Shown here: in pieces, positions 14,614 to 24,122 of the stretch
Numbering within the stretch: position 1 is the first letter of the stretch
How the letters are laid out: each line of letters starts with the position of its first letter
From: a virus
Lineage: Duplodnaviria > Caudoviricetes
Reading direction: 5' to 3' (one strand)
Virus record (IMG/VR): IMGVR_UViG_3300047402_000072
Coordinates: 1-36,694 of that record
Length of the DNA stretch: 36,694 nucleotides
Translations under genes and position numbers: made by a program
Notes under the pieces: model-generated
Databases searched by the model: none
Told to the model about the DNA's origin: nothing
Seen by the model: the letters and a program-made list of their open reading frames with translations, nothing else

Positions 14614-16020
14614 ATGGATGCGATGAGACAGCGACAAGTTCGCTTACATACCTGTACCATTTATTCTAGCAATCTCAACGCCGGACTAGACATCTTATCT
14701 GGTGTGGCTCGTATTGATGTGTATGAAAGTATTTTTCAAAACACCATTTCGGGAAGCATTTCTGTTACGGAAAGCGACGGATGGATTGAAGCCGTTCCGT
14801 TTGTGGGTATTGAGATTTTGCATTTGTCATTCAGCATTCTTCAGGGAGTTGGGGTAGATAGTACGCCCAAGACGTATAATCGATTGTTTCGTGTTACAAA
14901 AGTCCACGAGCAAACATATGTGAAATCAAATGGCATGCGAGCGTATACTATTGAATTTGTGACACAAGAATTTTTTGCCAGTGCGTCAAAACGCATTTCG
15001 CGTCGATTTCAAATGTCTTGCAGTGATGCCGTGCAATCAATTCTTGAAAATGATCTGCGCGACAAATCGATAGATGCGAAGGCCTCTGCATCATTTGTTC
15101 CACCATCACCGTTACCAACGTGGGGACAAGTGGATATTGTTATCCCAAATTATACCCCGCTTCGTGCTATCAACTATTTTGCAATGTTGTCGCTTGAAAG
15201 TCAAGACCGAACTAGTGGCGGATATCTATTTTTTGAAACACTAGAGGGCCTACATTTTACTAGTGTGCGCCGACTCATTCAATTGGGAAAATCAAAAGAT
15301 GTGCCGACACTGCAAGTTTATCCGTCATTGAAAAATACAAGCGACGATAATGTTGATGTGGAACGCGATGCCGTTTTTCGCATTCATCAGGAACAGACGT
15401 TTGATTTATTGGGGGGTGTCGCCTCGGGGTTGTATCGTTCGCGAGCCTTACATTTTGATTTGCTCTCAAATAAATTTTCGTTGATTGATGATACGTCCTA
15501 CACGGAATCATTCAAACAATCAAAGCATCTAAACACATATCCGTTGTTTCCTGAATATGCTGACGAAAACGAGTTCAGCCCGAATGTTCGCCAATTTGTT
15601 GTGCCTACCAATATTTGGTCAACCGCAAATGTACAGACTGTGGTTGGGAAAACCGCGTATCAGAACGAACAACTCATGCACGAATCCGTGACGGCTCGCA
15701 ATCGGCAACTCAAGGAACTTCGTCAGTTGGAGACGTTATTGGAACTGCCCGGGCAACCACAGATTTATGCTGGCAGCGTTATTAACATAATCTATCCACC
15801 AACGCGAGCTATGGCGGGGAACGACACACCAATTCAATCATCAGCACCACCGATCACTGGATCGCCATATAGTGGCTATCACCTTGTCGCATCCGTGCAT
15901 CATATCATCGTTACAAAACAGCCCGGTGATTATGACTATCGCATGAGCCTTCGCGTGGTCAATGATTCGCTGAATCGACCGCTTCGCGTGAAGGCAACAA
16001 AACCTCCAGTATCGGTGTAG
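14614..16020 (+). CDS. Baseplate hub/tail protein (gp27-like)
   Basis: VYESIF..TISG.I, IPN.TP..AI, YLFFET..G.HF.S, PG....AG..I, SG.HLV..V.H; lies between gp53 and gp5. Confidence 0.7.
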   Translation: MDAMRQRQVRLHTCTIYSSNLNAGLDILSGVARIDVYESIFQNTISGSISVTESDGWIEAVPFVGIEILHLSFSILQGVGVDSTPKTYNRLFRVTKVHEQTYVKSNGMRAYTIEFVTQEFFASASKRISRRFQMSCSDAVQSILENDLRDKSIDAKASASFVPPSPLPTWGQVDIVIPNYTPLRAINYFAMLSLESQDRTSGGYLFFETLEGLHFTSVRRLIQLGKSKDVPTLQVYPSLKNTSDDNVDVERDAVFRIHQEQTFDLLGGVASGLYRSRALHFDLLSNKFSLIDDTSYTESFKQSKHLNTYPLFPEYADENEFSPNVRQFVVPTNIWSTANVQTVVGKTAYQNEQLMHESVTARNRQLKELRQLETLLELPGQPQIYAGSVINIIYPPTRAMAGNDTPIQSSAPPITGSPYSGYHLVASVHHIIVTKQPGDYDYRMSLRVVNDSLNRPLRVKATKPPVSV

Positions 16021-16033
16021 GGTAAATAAGGGT

Positions 16034-16390
16034 ATGCTTGATAGTTCAACTACATCAATGATGTACCACGTCGGCCTTGATGGGTTCGTCTGGTTTGTTG
16101 GCATCGTGGAGGACCGCACGAGTGATCCGTTGAAAATCGGTCGATGTAAGGTGCGAATTCTCGGGCATCATGAACCGGATGTAGAGAAATTGTCCACCGA
16201 CGATTTACCGTGGGCGTTACCATTGCTGCCTGTCACAAATTCGCGCGGAAACCATGATCTGTGTGAAGGTGATTGGGTGCTCGGGTTTTTTATGGATGCA
16301 CAGTTGGCCCAGCAACCTGTCATTCTCGGTAAGTTTCCATCATATCCAACTGACCCCGGGGTCGGTTCGCAAAAAAACACACGAGCATAA
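16034..16390 (+). CDS. gp5: gp5 N-terminal OB-fold domain as a separate ORF
   Basis: GLDGFVWFVGIVEDR.DPLKIGRCKVRI.G.H...LPWA, GDWVLGFFMD..AQQPVILG; GTAAATA promoter at 16022-16028. Confidence 0.9.
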   Translation: MLDSSTTSMMYHVGLDGFVWFVGIVEDRTSDPLKIGRCKVRILGHHEPDVEKLSTDDLPWALPLLPVTNSRGNHDLCEGDWVLGFFMDAQLAQQPVILGKFPSYPTDPGVGSQKNTRA

Positions 16391-16393
16391 CAC

Positions 16394-18484
16394 ATGGGAA
16401 TCGTTAAGAGTGCCGTATCTCTCGCTACCGCCAGTGCTGCCGCCGCTATTGCTGATGCGGTGATTCAGAAGCATGGCGGTCGGGATCGAAGCACGCCCGC
16501 AGAAACCGCACTTCGTCCAGAGCCACCAGAAAGTCGCACGCCACCACCCTCCAAGCCCAAGTTCGGTAAGGCGCTTGGTAATGTGGCGAAAGCGGCAGCG
16601 ATGTCTGGTGCGGCGTTTGGTGCGATCAATTCTGCCCTTAAAGCCAAGAAGTCGCTCGGGACGCTCACTGCATCATTGAGTGCCGCTACAATCGCATTTG
16701 ATGCCGCAAGTGCCGGTCTGTTAAGCGGAAAGACATTTCAGAAAGATGTCAGTGTGTTCGGAATGGAAGGCACTGCGTCTGTCGCCGCGGGTGGTTTCTT
16801 TTCTGCATCAGACTTAGTGCAGTTCTCCTCGCTGAAACCCGGTGCGGCAATTGCAGGAACCGCGGCGGCCGCGGCGATAGCCATTCAACTTGCACAGCGC
16901 AAAGAGAAGCTCACAAACATGTTGACGCGCTTCTCCGTATCGCTCAATGGATTTTCCGCATTTGGTCCACTTATCAAGGAGAACTACAACCGTAAACCCT
17001 ATCCTCGGAAAGATCAAGTCGGTGTTCCTAGTTCGTCTCGCGCCGCACAAGGTGGTGACGCGTTCAAAGACGATCCGATTCACAAGGATAAGAAGAAGCA
17101 CACCATCAAGGGCGTAGTGAAAGCCATGGGAAAGCCAAGCAGTTGGGCGCGATTGCTTCCCAAGAAAACAGACCTCCTCTACGGCTTTAAGCTCCAACCG
17201 GGATTCAACGTCAAGTTGAACATGGTTTTCAAGGACCGCAAAAATCAATCCAGTTGGAGCGAACCAACGACACCGGCCGCGCCACAGAATCCATACAACA
17301 ACGTCATCGAAACGGAAGCCGGGCACCGATGTGAAATGGACAACACACCGGGCGCGGAACGTCTTCACATCTTTCATCGTTCAGGCACATGTATCGAGAT
17401 TCATCCGAAAGGAGAAATTGTCATTACGTCGATGGGCAATCAAAACATCGTCAGTCACGGTGACATTCATTTGGTGGCAAAGGGTGAATGTCATATTGCT
17501 GCCGAGGGAGATGTGCGCGCCCATTCAAAGCGAGAAATTCATCTTCACTCAGACGGCAACATGCACCTACGTGCAGAAAAACAATTCCACGTTTGGGCAG
17601 GGGAAGATATCAATATGCACGCTTCGACAACATTCAGTGCAGATGGCACCGAAATTGATTTGCGTTATTTGAAGCTCCCCGGTGCGCCGGTGTGGACCAC
17701 GAATGGGTGGGCGCCGCGTATCAACATGGCGGCTATCAAAGATGACTATGAAGAAGCATATACATTGCTTGAAGCGAAGGATGCGGAACATCGCGGTAAA
17801 CTTGCCGCTGCTCGCGCAAAACTCGTCAGTGAAGGTGTGAAAAACATCATTGAAGACTCGAAGGCCCTCACGCCCCCGGGCGCCGGCGCGAAAGTTGGTA
17901 AGACCGCTGCCAAAAATCTTCTCAACACCATCACGATGTTGAATCTGTTGCAGAGCGGTCCCTTCCCGTTGCACGGATTGGCAGGCGCACCAGCACACGA
18001 GCAGTTGAGCACCGAAGGTGACGTGGGCGGCGGTGGCACAGACGCGCAAGCGCCACCAACGATTAAGCCGCCGGTGCTGACGGAAGATCAGATGCCGAAG
18101 AAAAATCCGTTAGGCAATCCACTGGTCTACTACGCGACGACGCCCGCCGCGGTGTCATATCGTGCGCTGCTCTTTGAGGCGCCTGAAGAAGTGGGTGATA
18201 CGGAACTTTATCAAGCGCACAAGGAAACGTGTGTGGCACTTGGTGATATCCCATCCGTGGAACCCCCGTTGGAAGGCCGATTAACACAACCCGAGACGGG
18301 TCTTGTTGCGCCAGCATCCTTGCCGTTGGTTAAATACCTCAATCGAGATGACTATCGTGGACAAGCCTCGTTCAGTCCAAGCATGACACTTGGTGGCACG
18401 TCCTTCACGTTGTTTGATCTCACCGATTCGCTCGCGCGTCCTGACGTGGCGAATCCCACCATTCCCAAATCACCCACCGCGTAA
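16394..18484 (+). CDS. gp5: gp5 central/C-terminal spike part (beta-helix repeats), lacking a T4 lysozyme domain
   Basis: PYNNVIETEAGH..EMDNTPGAERLHIFHRSGT..EIHP.G followed by 8-residue repeats (GDIHLVAK GECHIAAE GDVRAHSK...). Confidence 0.85.
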   Translation: MGIVKSAVSLATASAAAAIADAVIQKHGGRDRSTPAETALRPEPPESRTPPPSKPKFGKALGNVAKAAAMSGAAFGAINSALKAKKSLGTLTASLSAATIAFDAASAGLLSGKTFQKDVSVFGMEGTASVAAGGFFSASDLVQFSSLKPGAAIAGTAAAAAIAIQLAQRKEKLTNMLTRFSVSLNGFSAFGPLIKENYNRKPYPRKDQVGVPSSSRAAQGGDAFKDDPIHKDKKKHTIKGVVKAMGKPSSWARLLPKKTDLLYGFKLQPGFNVKLNMVFKDRKNQSSWSEPTTPAAPQNPYNNVIETEAGHRCEMDNTPGAERLHIFHRSGTCIEIHPKGEIVITSMGNQNIVSHGDIHLVAKGECHIAAEGDVRAHSKREIHLHSDGNMHLRAEKQFHVWAGEDINMHASTTFSADGTEIDLRYLKLPGAPVWTTNGWAPRINMAAIKDDYEEAYTLLEAKDAEHRGKLAAARAKLVSEGVKNIIEDSKALTPPGAGAKVGKTAAKNLLNTITMLNLLQSGPFPLHGLAGAPAHEQLSTEGDVGGGGTDAQAPPTIKPPVLTEDQMPKKNPLGNPLVYYATTPAAVSYRALLFEAPEEVGDTELYQAHKETCVALGDIPSVEPPLEGRLTQPETGLVAPASLPLVKYLNRDDYRGQASFSPSMTLGGTSFTLFDLTDSLARPDVANPTIPKSPTA

Positions 18485-18494
18485 ATAGAGATAT

Positions 18495-21400
18495 ATGGCA
18501 GCCAATGTTGAATATCTGATTATCGGTGCCGGTGGTGGTGGTGGCAACACTGTTAGCGCCGGCGCGAACAGCGCCGGTGGTGGCGGTGCTGGTGGATATC
18601 TGTCTGGAAATGTGTCCGTCAGCGTCGGTACGTATGTCGTCACCGTCGGCGGTGGTGGCGCCGTTGGTGTCGGGAGCAACTCTGTTTTTAACGGCATCAC
18701 ATCAGTCGGTGGTGGGTTTGGTGCAAACACCACGAATGCTTCGGCTGGTGGTGGAACGGGTGGTAGCGGTGGTGGTGGTTCGCGCACAGGTGCGGGTGGT
18801 GCGAATACCGTCGGGCAAGGATACGCGGGTGGTACTGCTGCGGTAGCGGGTGGCGGTGGTGGTGGTGCGTCTGCTGTTGGTGCAACGGCGTCTGGTAATA
18901 CGGGCGGTGCGGGCGGTGCAGGCACGGCGTCGTCTATCACAGGCGCCTCGGTTACGTATGCGGGTGGTGGCGGTGGTGGTGCGGTCAACACAGGTGCTGC
19001 TGGTAGTGCTGGTAGCGGCGGCGGTGGTGCAGGTGGTCTGGGTGCTGTAGGTACCGCAGGCACCGTTAATCGTGGTGGTGGCGGTGGTGGTGCTGGCAAC
19101 AATCCGGGCACCGCGCATTCGGACGTAGCAGCATCACACAGCGATAGTCACGGCGACTATCACGCGGACGGGCCGGGTGATGGTTTTTACGACGACTCAG
19201 GACCACATAGCGACTCACACAGCGACAGCACAACGCCGCATAGCGACGTAGCACATTCCGACATTACGCCACTTGCGGGTGGTACGGGCGGATCTGGTGT
19301 CGTCATCATCCGCTATATCACCGGCACCATGACGGCGACTGGCGGCACTGTCACGACCAGCGGCTCCTACACCATTCACACATTTAATTCGACGGCTAAC
19401 TTTGTTGTGACGGACACACCAAGTCAGAGTCCGTCCAGTTCAACATCACCATCCGTCAGCCCATCGGCCTCGGTGAGTCCGTCGGCGTCGGTATCTCTTT
19501 CAACCTCACCATCGAGTTCCGTCAGCCCATCCAGTTCTCTTTCCGCATCGGTGAGTCCGTCTGCGTCAGTCAGTCCGTCGGCATCAGCGTCGGTTTCGGT
19601 TTCACCGTCGTCGTCAGTCTCGCCGTCAAGTTCAACATCCGCGTCGGTGAGTCCGTCGGCATCGGTGAGCCCGTCGGCGTCATTGTCGGCGTCTGTTAGT
19701 CCGAGCAGTTCGGTGAGTCCGTCAAGTTCTGAGTCGGCCTCAGTAAGTCCGTCAAGCTCGACGAGTGCGTCTGTCAGCCCGTCCAGTTCCACGTCGGCCT
19801 CCGTCTCACCGTCCAGTTCCACATCCGCGTCAGTGAGTCCGTCGAGTTCCGCGTCGGCGTCGGTGAGTCCGTCAAGTTCAGTCAGTCCGTCGAGTTCCAC
19901 ATCGGCGTCATTCAGTCCAAGTAGTTCAACATCTGCCTCCATATCGCCATCCAGTTCCACGAGTCCGTCGAGTTCTGCATCGGCGTCAGTATCACCATCG
20001 TCCTCTGTCAGCCCAAGTAGTTCAACGTCAGCGTCGGTGAGTCCAAGTAGTTCAACGTCCGCCTCGGTGAGTCCGTCGAGTTCAGAATCGGCATCGGTGT
20101 CGCCGTCCAGTTCCACATCGGCGTCTGTCAGTCCGTCGGCCTCGGTGAGTCCGTCGAGTTCGTCATCACGATCCATCAGCCCGTCGGCCTCGGTGAGTCC
20201 GTCAAGTTCAACGAGTGCTTCGGTTAGCCCGTCGGCATCTGTTAGCCCGTCAAGTTCAACCTCGGCCTCCGTCAGTCCGAGTAGTTCAACATCAGCGTCC
20301 ACAAGCCCGACGCCCTCTATCAGCCCGTCAAGTTCTACGTCACGTTCACAGAGTCCATCGAGTTCACAGAGTCCGTCGAGTTCACAGAGTCCGTCGAGTT
20401 CTACCTCGCGGTCTGTCAGCCCGAGCAGTTCAGTAAGTCCAAGCAGTTCCGTTTCGGCATCTGTTAGCCCGTCTAATTCAGATTCACCGTCACTCAGCCC
20501 GTCGAGTTCCACCTCACGGTCGCTCAGCCCGTCCAGTTCACAGAGTCCGTCGGCGTCACGAAGCCCAAGCAGTTCGACATCAGCGTCCGTTAGCCCGTCC
20601 GCGTCTCAATCGCGGTCGCAAAGCCCGTCGTCGTCTGTCTCGCGGTCGGTGAGCCCGTCGGCCTCACGCAGTCCGTCAAGTTCATCATCGGCATCACCAT
20701 CGCCGTCGCCGGGTCCACAAAACCCATATGATCCAGAGTATGTATTGAGATCGGTGTTGGCGGCGTTTCAGAAGCGCGCCTATCATCGCGATGAGGCGCA
20801 AGCTGCTGGATGGTATCAGCGTACGCGGGTGGGTGACGGACCGAATGGAGAAGTGTACTCGTTTGTGCCTCGTGGACAAGTGCTCGACTACTACATGGTC
20901 AAGATTATTGGTCGCGTTGAGGGATGGGGCAGCCTCAATCCGAATCTTGTCAATGTGGGACCGTCGCAATACGGGTGGTCAGAAAACGACAATTACTATT
21001 GGGAACGCCGCATCCTGTATCCGTGGTTATTTGTTACGGCACCACCAGTCGTGGCCGAACCACTACCAACGGAGTTCCCGCAACCTGCACCAGCACCAGA
21101 GCCACCACCGGCGTCTTTGGCAGAAGAAGCCGCGATGGGGATCACACCACAGGGAGGCTTACTTGCCGACGATGTGGTATATAACCTGTCATTGTTGTGC
21201 GCGAACGTGCTTGGTCCATTAAAGGCGGCATATCCCAATATCACAATTGTGAGTGCATTCCGTCAAGTCAATAACGGCATCAGTCAGCATGAGAAGGGTG
21301 AGGCCGCCGACATTCAGTTGAACAATCAGACACCCACCACACTCTATGAAGTGGCGGATTACATCGCCAAAAATCTTCAGTTTGACCAGTTGATTCTGAA

Positions 21401-21770
21401 CTATTCGTCTGCTCCAGAATTGTCGTGGATTCACGTCTCGTTCAACGCACAGGAACTGCGTCGGGATGTGCGCACGCGGGATTATGATGACACGTTCTAT
21501 GATGGATTATACGTGAGCGAACCGTTAACGGGTGAGGAATTGGCGCAAGTAAAACGGACGCGTGAGGAAGATTTGGCGGCAGTCGATACGGAATTAAAAA
21601 TTCTGTCCGCCCGAGATGCTGCGCTCAATCCAACAACACATGTTCTCGATACGCCACCCGTGGACACATTAAGAACCACAACCGAAGATGAAATTCAATC
21701 GCCATATGGTGGCGGATCAACTCCAGATGGTGGCGGATCGACCCCAGACGAACCGCCGTATGGCGTATAA
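18495..21770 (+). CDS. Virion protein: Gly-rich domain, HxD cassette, Ser/Pro stalk, C-terminal peptidase M15-like domain
   Basis: VEYLIIGAGGGGG...GGSGVVIIRY Gly-rich module; SPSSS repeats; SAFR..SQHEKGEAAD..FDQLI..WIHVSF with intact Zn ligands; own GTAAATA promoter at 18481-18487. Confidence 0.8.
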   Translation: MAANVEYLIIGAGGGGGNTVSAGANSAGGGGAGGYLSGNVSVSVGTYVVTVGGGGAVGVGSNSVFNGITSVGGGFGANTTNASAGGGTGGSGGGGSRTGAGGANTVGQGYAGGTAAVAGGGGGGASAVGATASGNTGGAGGAGTASSITGASVTYAGGGGGGAVNTGAAGSAGSGGGGAGGLGAVGTAGTVNRGGGGGGAGNNPGTAHSDVAASHSDSHGDYHADGPGDGFYDDSGPHSDSHSDSTTPHSDVAHSDITPLAGGTGGSGVVIIRYITGTMTATGGTVTTSGSYTIHTFNSTANFVVTDTPSQSPSSSTSPSVSPSASVSPSASVSLSTSPSSSVSPSSSLSASVSPSASVSPSASASVSVSPSSSVSPSSSTSASVSPSASVSPSASLSASVSPSSSVSPSSSESASVSPSSSTSASVSPSSSTSASVSPSSSTSASVSPSSSASASVSPSSSVSPSSSTSASFSPSSSTSASISPSSSTSPSSSASASVSPSSSVSPSSSTSASVSPSSSTSASVSPSSSESASVSPSSSTSASVSPSASVSPSSSSSRSISPSASVSPSSSTSASVSPSASVSPSSSTSASVSPSSSTSASTSPTPSISPSSSTSRSQSPSSSQSPSSSQSPSSSTSRSVSPSSSVSPSSSVSASVSPSNSDSPSLSPSSSTSRSLSPSSSQSPSASRSPSSSTSASVSPSASQSRSQSPSSSVSRSVSPSASRSPSSSSSASPSPSPGPQNPYDPEYVLRSVLAAFQKRAYHRDEAQAAGWYQRTRVGDGPNGEVYSFVPRGQVLDYYMVKIIGRVEGWGSLNPNLVNVGPSQYGWSENDNYYWERRILYPWLFVTAPPVVAEPLPTEFPQPAPAPEPPPASLAEEAAMGITPQGGLLADDVVYNLSLLCANVLGPLKAAYPNITIVSAFRQVNNGISQHEKGEAADIQLNNQTPTTLYEVADYIAKNLQFDQLILNYSSAPELSWIHVSFNAQELRRDVRTRDYDDTFYDGLYVSEPLTGEELAQVKRTREEDLAAVDTELKILSARDAALNPTTHVLDTPPVDTLRTTTEDEIQSPYGGGSTPDGGGSTPDEPPYGV
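19419..20713 (+). repeat. Degenerate Ser/Pro coding repeat (SASVSPSS)n
   Basis: About 430 codons of S-x-S-P-S units with varied synonymous codons. Confidence 0.95.
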
Positions 21771-21803
21771 CGTGCATCATCAAGAGACGAACTAAATAGT
21801 CAT

Positions 21804-22214
21804 ATGCCAGAATATTCAACAACCGTTTCTGCGCCACGTCAATTCAAGGATATCTCGCTTACGATGGCGAAGAATCCCGTGACCAACGATATTGTGTCGG
21901 TAACGGATGCTGATGCGGTCAAACGGTCATTACGGAATTTGTTGTCAATTAACTCAGGAGAAGTCCCGTTCTTTCCGAATTTTGGTGCAAACGTTTCTCG
22001 ATATTTGTTTGAACCAATCGATCCGATTACAACCGTCTTGTTGCATCGTGAAATAGAAACAACCATACAAACATATGAACCTCGGGTGGCAATTCAACAA
22101 TTGACTGTTGTACCGACGGTAGATGAAATGCGGTATCAAATCAATTTGGTGTTTGCGTTGGTAAATCAAACGACTCCACTAACGTTGACCCTTTATCTTA
22201 CACGGTTGCGATAA
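21804..22214 (+). CDS. gp25: Baseplate wedge subunit
   Basis: FKDISL...NPVTND...DAVKRSLRNL...GE.PF.PNFG....LFEP, YEPRV; CTAAATA at 21792-21798. Confidence 0.93.
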   Translation: MPEYSTTVSAPRQFKDISLTMAKNPVTNDIVSVTDADAVKRSLRNLLSINSGEVPFFPNFGANVSRYLFEPIDPITTVLLHREIETTIQTYEPRVAIQQLTVVPTVDEMRYQINLVFALVNQTTPLTLTLYLTRLR

Positions 22215-22217
22215 TCT

Positions 22218-24119
22218 ATGGCCGGACCATCATCACAAATTCAGATTGCTAACCTTGACTATGATCAGATTCTTGATAATCTGGTTACATTCATGAAAGC
22301 CGATCCGACGTTTTCGGACTATGATTTTTCCGGCAGTGGCTTGCGTCTGTTATCGCGCGTGCTCGCGTATGTGACGTTCTACAACAATTATTATCTTTCC
22401 GCCGCCGTCAACGAGTCGTTTTTTGATACCGCGCAGTTGCGCTCGTCTGTCGTATCCCATGCCAAGATGCTCGGATACAACTCGCACGGCACCCGCAGCG
22501 CCACGTATACCGCCAACGTCACGATGGTGATGTCGAATAACGCTCCTGCGACTATCACGCTTCCTAAAAACACGCAGTTCGCGTTGCAGTCGAATACCCA
22601 ATTTACCTTCTACAACGTGGAAGACGCAGAACTAACACAGAATACATCCAATACGTTTATCTACGCGACCAGCAATGTTACGTTGGTTGAAGGCCGTACG
22701 GCACAATATCGGTTCACGGTCGATACGAATGACCCGACGCAGCGATTCATCATTCCCAATGCAAATGTCGATTTCAGCCGGCTGACGGTTCGCGTTCAAG
22801 TAAGTCCCACCGTGAACACGACCACGTCTTTTACGGAAGCCTCAAATCTTCTTCTTGCAAATAGCACGTCAAACATTTTCCTCGTTTCGGAAGCCTATGA
22901 TGGCTATCCAGAACTCAAGTTTGGCAATGGGGTCATCGGAAAAGCACTGGAAAACGGCAACATCATCATTGTGGACTACTATATCAGTCGTGGTGCTGCC
23001 GGTAACAATATTCGAGGCCCGTTTCGCATCAACGACACCATCGCCGGATTGCAGCAAGGTGTGACAGACACACCCGACGCGAATACGACACCAAGTATCG
23101 GTGGTTCAGACATCGAGGATATTGAAAACATTCGCTATCTCGCACCACTGACCTATGCCGCGCAGAATCGCTGTGTGACGACGGAGGATTACAAGTCCGT
23201 CATTCTTCAGGACTGGACGGAATACATCTCTGCCATCAATGTCTTTGGTGGTGAAGAAGGTGATCCGACTGATGCGAAGGAGCGTCCAACCTACGGCCGT
23301 GTCTATATCGCGGTACGCCCGAAGTATGGTGAACGTCTGACACAGGCGACGAAGGATGCGATCATTCAAAATACCGTCAAGCCGTTTAGCATCGTCGGCG
23401 TCATTCCACAGATTGTGGACCCCGATTACGTGTATCTCATTATCTCCACGCGCGTGAGCTACGACCCGAAAGCTACGGTGCTCACGAAGCAGGAACTTGT
23501 CACTGCGGTGAAGGACGCGGTGGATACCTACTCCAACGAGAACATGGAAAAGTTTGAAACCTCCTTCCGTTTCTCGCGTTTGGGACGGGCGATTGATGAT
23601 GCGGATGCGTCCATCACGAGTTCGTTAACGCAAGTGGAAATGCAGAAGCGTGTGGTGCCGTTGGTAGGTAAGAGCAATTCCATCACCGTCAAGTTTGGGG
23701 CGGCGCTCTATAAAGTTGGTGACGCCTCTGTGCTGCTGGAGCCGACTTCTCATCGGTTTGACTATTACGATCACGACGGCAACTATTACACCAACTGTTT
23801 CTTGCAAGAAACGAATGGCGTCGTCAGTGTCGTCGGGTATGTCAATTCGGGTGGCACGCGTTCACTCGTTGTGGTGGACGACCGTGTCGGCACCATCGAT
23901 GCGGACACCGGCACGATGGTCTTAGCCAATTTCAAACCCGAAGCGATTGAGGGTGGAGAAATCGATATCTGGATCAGTGCATTGCCGCTGTACAGCGATT
24001 TAACCCCACATTTGAATCGTCTATATACTGTTGACTACGACACGATTAGCGTCGAACTCATCGACAATACCACGACGTTGACTCCCTCGAACTTCTATCA
24101 AGGCGGCCGTATACGGTAA
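22218..24119 (+). CDS. gp6: Baseplate wedge subunit
   Basis: LDYDQI..NL..F, FSDYDFSGSGL..L..VLAY.T.YN, FGNGVIGK.L, AQNRCVTTEDY, GGEE. Confidence 0.95.
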   Translation: MAGPSSQIQIANLDYDQILDNLVTFMKADPTFSDYDFSGSGLRLLSRVLAYVTFYNNYYLSAAVNESFFDTAQLRSSVVSHAKMLGYNSHGTRSATYTANVTMVMSNNAPATITLPKNTQFALQSNTQFTFYNVEDAELTQNTSNTFIYATSNVTLVEGRTAQYRFTVDTNDPTQRFIIPNANVDFSRLTVRVQVSPTVNTTTSFTEASNLLLANSTSNIFLVSEAYDGYPELKFGNGVIGKALENGNIIIVDYYISRGAAGNNIRGPFRINDTIAGLQQGVTDTPDANTTPSIGGSDIEDIENIRYLAPLTYAAQNRCVTTEDYKSVILQDWTEYISAINVFGGEEGDPTDAKERPTYGRVYIAVRPKYGERLTQATKDAIIQNTVKPFSIVGVIPQIVDPDYVYLIISTRVSYDPKATVLTKQELVTAVKDAVDTYSNENMEKFETSFRFSRLGRAIDDADASITSSLTQVEMQKRVVPLVGKSNSITVKFGAALYKVGDASVLLEPTSHRFDYYDHDGNYYTNCFLQETNGVVSVVGYVNSGGTRSLVVVDDRVGTIDADTGTMVLANFKPEAIEGGEIDIWISALPLYSDLTPHLNRLYTVDYDTISVELIDNTTTLTPSNFYQGGRIR

Positions 24120-24122
24120 GCT

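Noticed and set aside
19424-20512. 362-aa antisense ORF (ELDGLTDAD repeats) and a similar one at 26534-27178
   Set aside because: These are mirror images of the Ser/Pro repeat, with no promoter or RBS, opposite to the late operon.
19419-20713. Possible CRISPR-like or other DNA-level repeat array
   Set aside because: Units are degenerate at synonymous positions with no constant repeat-unique spacer pattern; this is a protein-coding repeat.
18430-21140. Self-splicing intron or intein explaining the interrupted M15 domain
   Set aside because: No recognisable group I/II core, homing nuclease, RT or intein Cys...His-Asn ends; the insert has its own late promoter and a continuous ORF.
21708-21750. 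Short tandem duplication encoding GGGSTPD twice
   Set aside because: A simple two-copy linker duplication at a disordered C-terminus with no further structure.
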